Shown here one piece after another: positions 1 to 10,000 of a stretch of DNA of 64,000 bases. The stretch is from a virus, in IMG/VR virus record IMGVR_UViG_3300009163_000026, positions 1-64,000 of that record. One strand, given 5' to 3'. The position numbers were made by a program, and so were the translations under genes. A model generated the notes under the pieces. It worked only from the letters and a program-made list of their open reading frames with translations, was not told the origin of the DNA and searched no databases. How positions within the stretch are numbered: position 1 is the first letter of the stretch; each line of letters begins with the position of its first letter.

Positions 1-217
1 AAAAAAGCTAGAGGTATGAAAAATAAAAGTACTAAAGTCAAAAGTACTAAAGTCAAAAAGAAGGTGATGAAAGAATCTACGTCTATATCAACTGCTGACT
101 TTGTTAGTGCAGTTTTATCTAAAAACTATGCTGTAGCGCATAAATACTTACAAGGTATAATAGAAAGTAAAATCGAACAGAGAATTACGACTGCCTTAGA
201 ACAATCACTTTTTTAAT

Positions 218-1072
218 ATGAGCATTAAAACTATACTACCGGATGAAGCTACTGAAATTCTAACTGAAGAATCCTTTAAAGTAATTGAAGAAGCTTTTAA
301 CACTAAACTTCAACTAGCTGTAGAAGCTGCTCTTACGGAGCAGGATGATTTATACTCTGCAAAGCTTGTAGAACTTATTAGTGCTATTGACAAAGATCAT
401 ACTACGAAACTCAAAAGAGTGGTAGAGGCTGTTGATAAGAATAACGCAAATAAACTCGTCAAAGTTATTAAGAAATATGAGCGGGAGATTAATACTGAAG
501 CAAAAGTGTTTAAGGTAACTCTCACAGAGTCAATTTCTAACTATTTAGAAGAATTTCTTGAAGAGTCCATCCCTACAGCTGCAATTATTGAAGCTACTAA
601 AAACAGAACAGCAAGAGAAGTTCTTAATAATCTTCGTAGGGTACTAGCTATTGATTCAGCTCTTATGAGTGAGTCTGTACAAGGTGCAGTTGTTGACGGT
701 AAGAATCAAATTGACATTCTTACAGAGCAAGTTAAAGTTCTTACTAAAGAAAATACTCTTGTTAAAGAAAGTTACTTTAAGACAAAAGCTTCGTTACTTA
801 TTGAAACAAAAACCGCAGGTCTTTCTGATAAAAAGAAAGCATATATTAAAAGAGTACTAGGTGATAAGACAGCGAAATTTATTGAAGAAAACTTCGATTA
901 TACTCTCAGATTGTTTGATAAGAAAGAAACAGAGAGTATCAACATTTTACGTGAAGAAGCCTTTAACACTCGTAGTGTTAAAGCAGATGCACCAATCTTA
1001 ACAGAAAAAGTGCAAGCAGGTAAACAAGTTTCAGTAAATCCTTATTTAGCTGAAATGAATAGATATAAATAA
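218..1072 (+). CDS. T4-like prohead core scaffold protein (gp22-like)
   Basis: Acidic helical/coiled-coil 284 aa protein directly upstream of the gp23-like capsid gene; F...L..AVEAAL and ISNYLEEFLEE segments typical of gp22. Confidence 0.8.
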   Translation: MSIKTILPDEATEILTEESFKVIEEAFNTKLQLAVEAALTEQDDLYSAKLVELISAIDKDHTTKLKRVVEAVDKNNANKLVKVIKKYEREINTEAKVFKVTLTESISNYLEEFLEESIPTAAIIEATKNRTAREVLNNLRRVLAIDSALMSESVQGAVVDGKNQIDILTEQVKVLTKENTLVKESYFKTKASLLIETKTAGLSDKKKAYIKRVLGDKTAKFIEENFDYTLRLFDKKETESINILREEAFNTRSVKADAPILTEKVQAGKQVSVNPYLAEMNRYK

Positions 1073-1151
1073 GGTGTACAGAGTTTCTAACCCTGAACAA
1101 TGAGGTCCATCTTAGTGACCTGAGTTATTTGAAAGGAAAAAAAAATAAATT

Positions 1152-2615
1152 ATGAAAAATATACGTCCAACACAATCATTCGTAGATAAAACCAGAGCTG
1201 ACCAACTTCTTGAGAAGTGGGCTCCAATTCTTGATTTTAAATCCGATTCCGTTAAGGAGATTAGAGATGAAAATACCCGATTGAACACAGCTATGCTTCT
1301 TGAAAACCAAGAAGCGTGGTGTATCCAAGAGACCAACTCCAATGGTGGCGGTGTCTTTGGTGCAAACGCAACCCCGGGCGGATTCTCCAACACAGCCATC
1401 AACAGCACAGATTCCTATGCTAGTGGTGATGCTCGTTTACCGAAAATCCTCATTCCTATGATCCGTCGTACTTTTCCAGAACTTATCTCTAACGAGATTG
1501 TAGGTGTTCAACCTATGTCAGGACCAGTAGGCCTTGCTTTCGCCCTTCGTTATGCTTATCAGTCTCAGAACCTCGGTTCCGGTATTGACGGTGGCGCGAC
1601 CGGTGGTGGTACAGGTGGTAACTATCCTGGTAACCAAGGTTCACAATATGCAGGTACAGTGGCTTCCGCTGAACTTGGATATCAATACCTTGACACTCGC
1701 TTCACTGGTGCAAGCTCATCGAGCTTGTCTGGTAACAGCACGTGGACTTTCGCAGATCAGGATAAAGGCGTTGCTCAAATCCTTAAGAACTTCGAAATCA
1801 CAGGTAACATCCCACAAATCGAAGTTAAGTTTGAGAAGACAGCTGTTGAAGCTGGTACTCGCAGACTTGGCGCTCGTTGGTCCGTTGAACTTGAGCAAGA
1901 CCTTAAGAACATGAATGGTATCGATATCGATGCTGAAATCACAAACGCTATGTCGTATGAGATTCAAGCAGAAATCGACCGTGAAATGATCATGAGAATG
2001 ATTCAGTCCGCCCTTAATGGTGGTAACTATTCGTTCTGGTCCCCTGCTTCTGCTGACGGCCGCTGGCTCGTTGAGAGAAATAGAGACTTCTATCAAAAGC
2101 TTATCATTGAAGCAAACAGAATCGCTGTACGTAACCGTCGCGGCGCTGCTAACTTCATCGTTGCAACACCACGTGTTTGCGCCATTCTTGAAATGCTCCC
2201 TGAATTCCAGTGGGTACCTGTTCAAGGTGACGTTTCGACACAACCTGTTGGAATCGGCAAGGTAGGCTCTGTTGGTGGAAGATTCGCGGTTTACCGTGAT
2301 ACTCGTACTGAAGTTCAGAACACTGCTAGCTATACCGTAACACCGGCTTACTCGAACCAAACTGTTGGTATTGAGTATGCGTTACTTGGCTATAAAGGTT
2401 CTGAGTTTTATGATACTGGTATCATCTACTGCCCATACATTCCTATCATGGTTCAAAGAACTATTGGTCCAAATGACTTCGCACCGCGTGTAGGCTTGCT
2501 TACCCGTTATGGTGTGGTTGATAACATTTTTGGAGCAAATCTTTACTACCATGTTATTATTGTTCAGGGTCTTGGTACTGCGTTTAGTCCGGCTAATCAG
2601 TCGGTCTACTTCTAA
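1152..2615 (+). CDS. gp23: T4-like major capsid protein
   Basis: Hallmarks LLEKWAPIL, TAMLLENQ, IVGVQPMSGPVGLAFALR, WSVELEQDL, EIQAEIDRE, GYKGS..YDTGIIYCPY, TRYG. Confidence 0.97.
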   Translation: MKNIRPTQSFVDKTRADQLLEKWAPILDFKSDSVKEIRDENTRLNTAMLLENQEAWCIQETNSNGGGVFGANATPGGFSNTAINSTDSYASGDARLPKILIPMIRRTFPELISNEIVGVQPMSGPVGLAFALRYAYQSQNLGSGIDGGATGGGTGGNYPGNQGSQYAGTVASAELGYQYLDTRFTGASSSSLSGNSTWTFADQDKGVAQILKNFEITGNIPQIEVKFEKTAVEAGTRRLGARWSVELEQDLKNMNGIDIDAEITNAMSYEIQAEIDREMIMRMIQSALNGGNYSFWSPASADGRWLVERNRDFYQKLIIEANRIAVRNRRGAANFIVATPRVCAILEMLPEFQWVPVQGDVSTQPVGIGKVGSVGGRFAVYRDTRTEVQNTASYTVTPAYSNQTVGIEYALLGYKGSEFYDTGIIYCPYIPIMVQRTIGPNDFAPRVGLLTRYGVVDNIFGANLYYHVIIVQGLGTAFSPANQSVYF

Positions 2616-2638
2616 ATAAAAGAGATACAACGACTTAT

Positions 2639-2675
2639 AGACCTAGGAGCACCGAAGAGCTCCTAGGTCTTCTTG
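2639..2675 (+). terminator. Intrinsic terminator after capsid gene
   Basis: 12-bp stem agacctaggagc/gctcctaggtct followed by T-rich tail. Confidence 0.8.
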
Positions 2676-2767
2676 TATACATTTTACTCAAGCGCTTATA
2701 CTAGGTCTGAGGTTTAATTTGTATTTTTATTAAGTTGATAATATATTCGGTTTGATTAAATATTAAT

Positions 2768-3541
2768 ATGGAAAAGGTGTTTAGACGGAATAAGAAATAT
2801 ACTGAGGTCGAAAAGAAAGAAATTATTGAATATGCGCAAAAATACGGTATGTGGACCGTTAAGGAAAAATTTAATATTTGGCCTGAGAATGTACGTTACT
2901 GGTTATCATCAGAGAAAGTAAAGCTAGAGATATCTGAAAAAGGTAAAAAGAGGCATCAAGAAGCAAAGCTTAATTTAGAGCTAGAGCAGAAAAATAAAGA
3001 ATATAGAGAATATCGTAAGCTACAGGGCATTACGACTGCTAAGTGGAAAGAGTGGTATGATGATATGTCTCCCTTAGACCGTGAGAGTCATAACCAACGT
3101 ATTAAGCAACACAGACTAGATAATCTACAATACTACAAAGCAAAAGCAAAAGATCGATATTTAAAGGATAAGGAGAGCGGTATATCGCGAAAAAAATATA
3201 AAGAAGATCCGCTTCACAAGATGAGATGTAATATACGAGAGCACATTAGACAAGCGGTTAAATACGCTAAAATATCCAAATCACATCCTTCAATTACATA
3301 TCTTGGCTGTAGTATAGAGGAGTTTAAAGTACATATAGAGGTTCAATTTACAGAAGGAATGAATTGGGATAATCACGGTCGTGGTGATAGGTGCTGGCAT
3401 CTAGACCATATACAACCCTTAGCGTGCTTATCATCATTAGGTGATCTCGCTTTGCTACAAAAGATATGTCATTATTCAAATTATCAGCCACTGTGGGAGA
3501 TAGATAACCTATCAAAGAATAGTAAATATGCAGAGCCGTGA
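2768..3541 (+). CDS. HNH-type endonuclease with N-terminal HTH-like region
   Basis: C-terminal YLGCS..EF..HIE.QF..GMNWDNHG..WHLDHIQP...HYSNYQPLW..DNLSK. Confidence 0.75.
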   Translation: MEKVFRRNKKYTEVEKKEIIEYAQKYGMWTVKEKFNIWPENVRYWLSSEKVKLEISEKGKKRHQEAKLNLELEQKNKEYREYRKLQGITTAKWKEWYDDMSPLDRESHNQRIKQHRLDNLQYYKAKAKDRYLKDKESGISRKKYKEDPLHKMRCNIREHIRQAVKYAKISKSHPSITYLGCSIEEFKVHIEVQFTEGMNWDNHGRGDRCWHLDHIQPLACLSSLGDLALLQKICHYSNYQPLWEIDNLSKNSKYAEP

Positions 3542-4490
3542 GATACGAGAAGCAGTTTGCAGCTCTGCGTTGTTGTGGCCTGTAAAGACAGTCATTCAGT
3601 TATTTACCGGTATTGTCTCACCATCTACTGTATATAAGTGGGTAAATCAGCAGAATACACTTAACCACTCATATACCATGGAGGAGTGTTATAGTGAGTG
3701 GAAAAGGATCAAATCATATAGCGGTAGTTATGATGCAAGACCATCTCACAATAGAATTACCACGACATTTTTACCACACTTTTATAATATTGAGCAGGAG
3801 CTCTATAAAGATATAGTTATAAGAAAAAGACTGATAGAGAATCGAAAAAAATATTTACTTAAAGATAACTTTACATCGAGAGAGCTTTTACGTGGGTTTA
3901 AAATATCAGGAATACACACTGGTTATTCGCACTTCTCACCTTTATGGATTAAGCGATTTATTACCGATCTACAGGTAAAGACCGTTTACGACCCGTGTGG
4001 TGGTTGGGGGCACAGGCTAGTAGGGGCCGCGAGTTCAGGTTGTAATTATATTTATAATGATATATGGAAACTCTCATACAATGGTATTAAAAAAATTGTT
4101 AAGTTTTTAGATATACAAGTTACAACATATAATAACGATTGCACAAAGTTTATACCACAAGAGGATTATGATTGTGTTTTTACGTGTCCGCCATATTACA
4201 ATGTTGAAATATATGAAACCTCATTTAAGAGCTTAGAAATATATAATAACTTTATACACTTAATGCTAAAGAACGCTTGTAAACCATGTGTTAATTATAT
4301 TGGCGTTGTTATTAATTCCACCTATAAACATATTATACAAAATAATATACCTGATGATTTTGTTCTTTATGCAGATGAGACGCTAGGAAGTACTAGTGCT
4401 ATATCTCACTTCAACACCAAACAATCTACAAAAAGAGAAATGTTACTCATCTTTAAGAGGATTATTAGGAAAAAAGATACAGAAGATTAA
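3528..4490 (+). CDS. Amino-DNA methyltransferase (m6A/m4C type)
   Basis: SAM motif VYDPCGGWGHRL and catalytic FTCPPYY. Confidence 0.8.
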   Translation: MQSREIREAVCSSALLWPVKTVIQLFTGIVSPSTVYKWVNQQNTLNHSYTMEECYSEWKRIKSYSGSYDARPSHNRITTTFLPHFYNIEQELYKDIVIRKRLIENRKKYLLKDNFTSRELLRGFKISGIHTGYSHFSPLWIKRFITDLQVKTVYDPCGGWGHRLVGAASSGCNYIYNDIWKLSYNGIKKIVKFLDIQVTTYNNDCTKFIPQEDYDCVFTCPPYYNVEIYETSFKSLEIYNNFIHLMLKNACKPCVNYIGVVINSTYKHIIQNNIPDDFVLYADETLGSTSAISHFNTKQSTKREMLLIFKRIIRKKDTED

Positions 4491-4498
4491 ATATTAAT

Positions 4499-4894
4499 AT
4501 GGCACTAATAGGATTCAACAACCAAGCTCTTTCATCGTTTGATACACCGAGAAATCTTTTCTGGTCACTTTCAAATACCGGTACAACTAAAACAGTTGTG
4601 CTTACATCAGTAGGTGTTCATCAAAGCAAACAAATATATGGTGTAGCATTCAACTCCTTGACAGGTACAGCTGCGTCTTCATTTCAAAACTTATCAGTAG
4701 CTACCGGTACTGTTATTAATGTTGATAAAGCACATAATGGACAAAAGTTTGCAGTTCTATTTACTGATCATACATCTTCTCTCTTTACGTGTGTTACTGC
4801 ATCAGGTATGGGTACTGTTCAATCGCTTACAGCTAACGGCTTTGATACTAGCTTTCCTGAAATTCGTAGACTAGTGACTCTCGGTTACCTTTAA
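4499..4894 (+). CDS. Hypothetical late (probably virion) protein
   Basis: Ser/Thr-rich beta-type ORF preceded by TAAATA at 4488. Confidence 0.55.
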   Translation: MALIGFNNQALSSFDTPRNLFWSLSNTGTTKTVVLTSVGVHQSKQIYGVAFNSLTGTAASSFQNLSVATGTVINVDKAHNGQKFAVLFTDHTSSLFTCVTASGMGTVQSLTANGFDTSFPEIRRLVTLGYL

Positions 4895-4907
4895 TTTATA
4901 TTTATTA

Positions 4908-4948
4908 AACAAAAAAAGCCTAGTATTAAGTTACTAGGCTTTTTTGTT
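4908..4948. terminator. Bidirectional terminator
   Basis: aaaaaaagcctagta..tactaggctttttt between convergent genes. Confidence 0.85.
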
Positions 4949-4975
4949 AACTGGAGCTAGAAAGAGTGGAGTATA

Positions 4976-5221
4976 TTATGCAATGCCAAAATGGGTTTTA
5001 ACAGCGTTAACTACATCGTCATTTGTCCACTCTGCTGGAGTATCATAATTATCACCAGATAGAGCATCGAGCTCTATTCTCTCACCCTCTACGAATACTG
5101 CGACTTTACGTTGTGATGGAAAATCTATAATTCTCTCTATAGAGAGGGCAGTGATAGTTTTCCTTACTTCTGGTTGTACTACCACACTAAGTGGTGCTGT
5201 AAGATTGATATCTAAACTCAT
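4976..5221 (-). CDS. Hypothetical protein (start MSLDIN)
   Basis: TATAAATA 5 nt upstream of ATG 5221. Confidence 0.6.
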   Translation of the reverse strand: MSLDINLTAPLSVVVQPEVRKTITALSIERIIDFPSQRKVAVFVEGERIELDALSGDNYDTPAEWTNDDVVNAVKTHFGIA

Positions 5222-5258
5222 ACAAGTATTTATACGTACGTTATAGTTTCTCAACTAC

Positions 5259-6077
5259 TTAATATTTAAAAATATCATTATACCACTTAAAGTTAGTATC
5301 TATCCACTTACATATATCACTACCTAGAATATTTTTAGGCTTGTTATCTGTTAAAGTAAGCTTTGGTCGTATGTTATGATCACCAAAGATGCCATATAAA
5401 CTATCATCCTCCTTTGTTAGCTGATCAATATAGTTAAAGTTATGATGGTTATACACAGGCAACTCAAAGTAATTATATATTTTTTCAAGTTGTCTTTCAG
5501 GTGAATTACACAGATCCTCATATTTAATAAAGAGCATATGCTCATTGATACCTTGTTTAAATATCTCAGTTAACCGCTCTATAGCTAGTCCAAGTGGTTG
5601 AGTAGATAGATAGTGATCTACACGCTTTGCAGTAGTTGTATTAGCAAGCTGTGCGTGATTGACGATACCGGGATCATTCTCTGGAGCTTCACGGAATTTT
5701 TTCTCCATAGAAGTAATAATCTGCTTTAAATCTCTTACCATGCACACTACTTTAGGCTTCTCAGCTAGAGTGAATTCAAGTAAATTATAATGAATGCCCC
5801 AACCTCTTGACTTCTCTAAGACACACGGCTTATCGGTAATAGCGTCATAATAACCATATAGTCCTTGCTGACAGAATCCCTGAAAGCCCTTCCGCATTAG
5901 CTCAGCATCCTGCGCTTTAAATGTTGGATCATTACTATAGTTAGCTCTTGCACCATATATAAGTTCAAGAGTTCCTGAGGTAGGGGTAGAGTAAAAATTA
6001 GGATTTTGAGCTACTATATTTTGTAATAATGTAGACCCTGCGCGTGGTAGAGATGAGTTAAAGAATAATTGTTTCAT
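5259..6077 (-). CDS. Sulfotransferase family protein
   Basis: PAPS motif SLPRAGSTLL, EKSR.W, MVRD....I.S, IKYEDL..P. Confidence 0.88.
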   Translation of the reverse strand: MKQLFFNSSLPRAGSTLLQNIVAQNPNFYSTPTSGTLELIYGARANYSNDPTFKAQDAELMRKGFQGFCQQGLYGYYDAITDKPCVLEKSRGWGIHYNLLEFTLAEKPKVVCMVRDLKQIITSMEKKFREAPENDPGIVNHAQLANTTTAKRVDHYLSTQPLGLAIERLTEIFKQGINEHMLFIKYEDLCNSPERQLEKIYNYFELPVYNHHNFNYIDQLTKEDDSLYGIFGDHNIRPKLTLTDNKPKNILGSDICKWIDTNFKWYNDIFKY

Positions 6078-6967
6078 AGTAATGTGCTTATTATAGTCTC
6101 TACATCAAAGATTTGCAATGGGTCAGTATAAGGACATTCGTGGATAGCACCAGTAAAGTTATAATCATAGAGATACGAGTCTACAGTACCAGCAGGAAAC
6201 TCTACATTTGGTGTAATATTGTTATGAATATTATAGCCGAATATTTTTGGCTGTGTAGCTACCCATACAACTGTTGATGGCAGACCCATTGCTGCAGCTG
6301 CATGCTGTAAGGATGAATCAATAAGTAAACGAGCTTGTGAATATAGCAGTGTACTGAATAATACTTTCTTTTGAAGATTTTGATCTATCCTTAAGCAGTT
6401 ATTAAGTACAGGATGATTATCATAACAAATATGAACTATATTATACTTAGCACTAAGTCTATCTACTATTTGCTGAGCAATAGCCGGATGAATATCTCTC
6501 ATCCATGAATACGGTGTTTCCTGATGACCTTTACCAGGTCCACCAAAAGGTTGAAATAATAGAACAGGTCTATCATCTGTTACTTTAAATACAGTTCTAC
6601 CTAGTTCACGTTCTCTAAAGTTAAAGGTTATTCTAGGCTGTTCATTACTATATTCAAGTCCAATCATATTACACCATGAATCAATGATATGCTTTTGTTT
6701 TGTAATATGAGAGGTTGTTTTATATGGCTCATGAGCAAATACCTCCACGTCTTTATCATAGATGTAATCTTCGTAGAAGTAGGGAGAAGTACCTGCTTTA
6801 TATACTCTGTATATAAACGGATTATTTAAGAAAACCTCAGCCCACGCACACACTACAATAATATCTGTATCAGGGTACTTTTTCTTGTAACACTCAACTA
6901 CAGCAGTTGCGGCAATATGCTTACCTATACCCCCTTCAATATGAAAAACAGCTTTTTTTCTACTCAT
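6074..6967 (-). CDS. Glycosyltransferase (GT9/heptosyltransferase-like)
   Basis: GGIGKHI N-terminus and IDSSLQHAAAAMGLPS.VVW motif. Confidence 0.75.
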   Translation of the reverse strand: MSRKKAVFHIEGGIGKHIAATAVVECYKKKYPDTDIIVVCAWAEVFLNNPFIYRVYKAGTSPYFYEDYIYDKDVEVFAHEPYKTTSHITKQKHIIDSWCNMIGLEYSNEQPRITFNFRERELGRTVFKVTDDRPVLLFQPFGGPGKGHQETPYSWMRDIHPAIAQQIVDRLSAKYNIVHICYDNHPVLNNCLRIDQNLQKKVLFSTLLYSQARLLIDSSLQHAAAAMGLPSTVVWVATQPKIFGYNIHNNITPNVEFPAGTVDSYLYDYNFTGAIHECPYTDPLQIFDVETIISTLL

Positions 6968-7019
6968 ATATTATATAGTATATTATACCCCGGCTAAATC
7001 CACAGTCTACTAATTTATC

Positions 7020-10000
7020 TTACCAATCAAACGAACAATTTTGTACAATTATGCCAATTTGACTCGTTATTGCAGTACTATCAACTAAAACAGCAGCAAC
7101 CAGACCTTTAGATGTAGTTGGTGCACCTGTTAAAGTGCCAAGTAGAGTAGAAGAAGAATTATACAAATATATTGTTCCACTTAAAATTTCAAGCCTATAC
7201 CCCTTATTATTATAACCATTTTGCCATGTATCTACAGTACTAGATGTTTGTAGTGCGTTCGTGCCGTTTGCCGTAACTATAGTCACGTTACCACTCAAAC
7301 ACTGTAAACCGACCCAACCTATAGATGAGCCTGCTCCTGCTATTATATGTGACGACAGACCAGCGGTAGCAGTTGAGCCGCTTAGCTCTCCGAAAATAAA
7401 CGCCCAATTTATACTGGTTGCAATGTTAAAACTTCGACTTACTGCTGCAAAGTTGCAATTAACCTTATTAGCGAAATCAATACCTGTGAATGTACCTGTT
7501 GGTGCAATACCAACATAATGCCTAGTGTTAGAAGAAAAGCTCGCCAACGCCTTACCTGCAGACGAGCCATTACCTGCTTCAACACGTAATACCGATCCTG
7601 CAGTCTGTATGCTACCGCCTGTAGTCGTAGTACTACTCCAGTAAGACCAGTTGTTAAATGAAATTTGTCGAAGAGGGCTTATAGCGTACCTAAAATCACC
7701 GTCACTACGTGTAATAAGACTCGCTGATAATGGTACACCAGTACCATTACTTGTTGGGCGAGTTGTAGATGAAAAGGTATAATTATTAGGCAGTGTTGTG
7801 GATAGACTGATGACACCATTCGTTACAACGATAGGCGTACTTGCTAACATTCCGAGATAAGTTTTTGCAGAAAGAGTACCTTGAACAGTAAGATCACCAC
7901 TTGTCTGTACATTATTCATATATGTAGTATTTGCTGCTGTAGATGTGAGACTAGATCCTATGGTAAAAGAATTTATATGACTAACTTGATTACTACAACC
8001 TCCAAGTATACCTGAATAGTTTCCTGTAGCTGTAATATTATTATTAAGTCCTCCAGCAACAATAGAGTAACAACTAGAAGTTGAATTATCCTGACCTCCA
8101 GCTACAGTAGAGTAATAACTAGAAGCTGAATTCCCACGTCCTCCAGTTATAGTAGACCAATAACCAGAACATGTAATTGTATTACCAAATCCTCCACCTA
8201 TTGTAGAATACAGTCCGCACGCCTTGTTTGTACTCCCACCGCCTATTGTGGCATAACTATTAGAAGCTGTATTAGTGCTTCCTCCACCTATAGTGGAGAC
8301 CCAGCCCCAAGCCTCATTACTATTTCCCCCACCAATAGTACTGTAACCACACTTAACACTATTATACGCTCCTCCACCAATAGCACCCCCAAATTGAGGG
8401 CCAGATACACAGACGCAATTGCAAAAGCCGCCGCCGATTGTATGGCAAGCATAATAACTACTAATAGTATTACTGCTACCGCCACCTATAGTATTAGATC
8501 CATAGTAGCAACTGCTGGTACATGTTAAGTTACACCATCCACCACCAATAGTGTCATGGTCACTTTTAGTAGTATTCCACCGTCCTCCAGCTATATTAGA
8601 ATAACTACCGCTAGCTGCATTACAAGACCCACCAGTTATAGTAGAATACTGACCATAAGCTATACTACTAAGACCTCCTAGTACACTAGAATATACACCA
8701 CAAGTAGTATTATAACACCCACCAGCTACAGTAGAGTAATCACCAGAAGCTGTATTACAATACCCACCACCTACGGTAGACATATACGCACAAGTTTTAT
8801 TAAAACATCCCCCAGCTATGGTAGAGTAGTAACCAGAAGCTGTATTAAACTTCCCACCCGCTATGGTAGACCCCGGACTAAACCAACAAATCGTATTCTC
8901 AAAACCACCGCCTATACTTGTGTAGGCGGTATAGTCACCACTACTTGTATTACAATACCCACCAGCTATATTAGAAAAACTACCGCAAACAGTATTATAA
9001 TACCCACCAGCTACATTAGAACCAGGCGTCCAGCAAATATTATTACTGCACCCGCCCGCTATACTAGAATAATCACTACAATTTACTTTATTACTAAGAC
9101 CGCCTACTACACTAGAATAGTTACCATAAACTGTATTATTACATCCACCAGCTACATTAGAATAAATGCAAGAAGCTGTATTAAAACCTCTTACTGGCTG
9201 AATTGAAGAAGTAGCATTAACAAGGGTATAAGCACCGCCCCCACCTCCTATTAATGTTAAAATATCAACACCATTTTTGAATATAGTACCTGTAACATTT
9301 AAGTTACCGTTCATCGTGCCGCCGTTAGCGAACTGCTTTGCAACAGAACCTCCTCCAGATGACATCTCGATGAGTCGTTTGAGTGCACTTATTTCTGTTG
9401 TAAATTTAGTACCAATAATCTTCTCTAACTCTGACTTAACGCCTTTGAGATCTACTTCTTGACTGCCATTAGATTGCTCAACAATAATATTAGGTACATC
9501 AACCTTAATGTTACTAATTTGCTCTAACAGTGCTTGCTTGCTCTCCTCTATGAGATTGATAAAATACTGCTTATTCTCTTCTGTAAGATCTGTTACTTTA
9601 GTTTCTACAAGATTAATTCTCTCATCGTAAAAGGTTATAATATTATCCTCTGCTAGAATAATTTTATCTTCGAGCTCCTTTATATTAGAGTCTAAACTAA
9701 TACTCTTTACCGTCAATCTATCGATTGAGTTGGTGACTACTCCGAGTTGCTCTGTTATATTTTTTGATACTGACTTAATCTTCTTATCTACTGATACAAC
9801 ATTCGCATCTACATTATGTATTAAAGCGTTGAACCTATCATCAGTATCAGTCGCACTCTTATCAACGGTCCGTTTTAATACATGTACTTCTTGCTCAACT
9901 AAAGTTGTATTTTTACCGGTTAAATCAACTTTATCTTCTGTAATAGATATTTGCTCAGTAAGGTCTTTCTTAAGTTTTGTTATATCTTTCTTAATGTCCG

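Noticed and set aside
1112-2630. Antisense and alternate-frame ORFs over gp23 and other long genes
   Set aside because: Shadow ORFs from codon bias; no promoters or motifs
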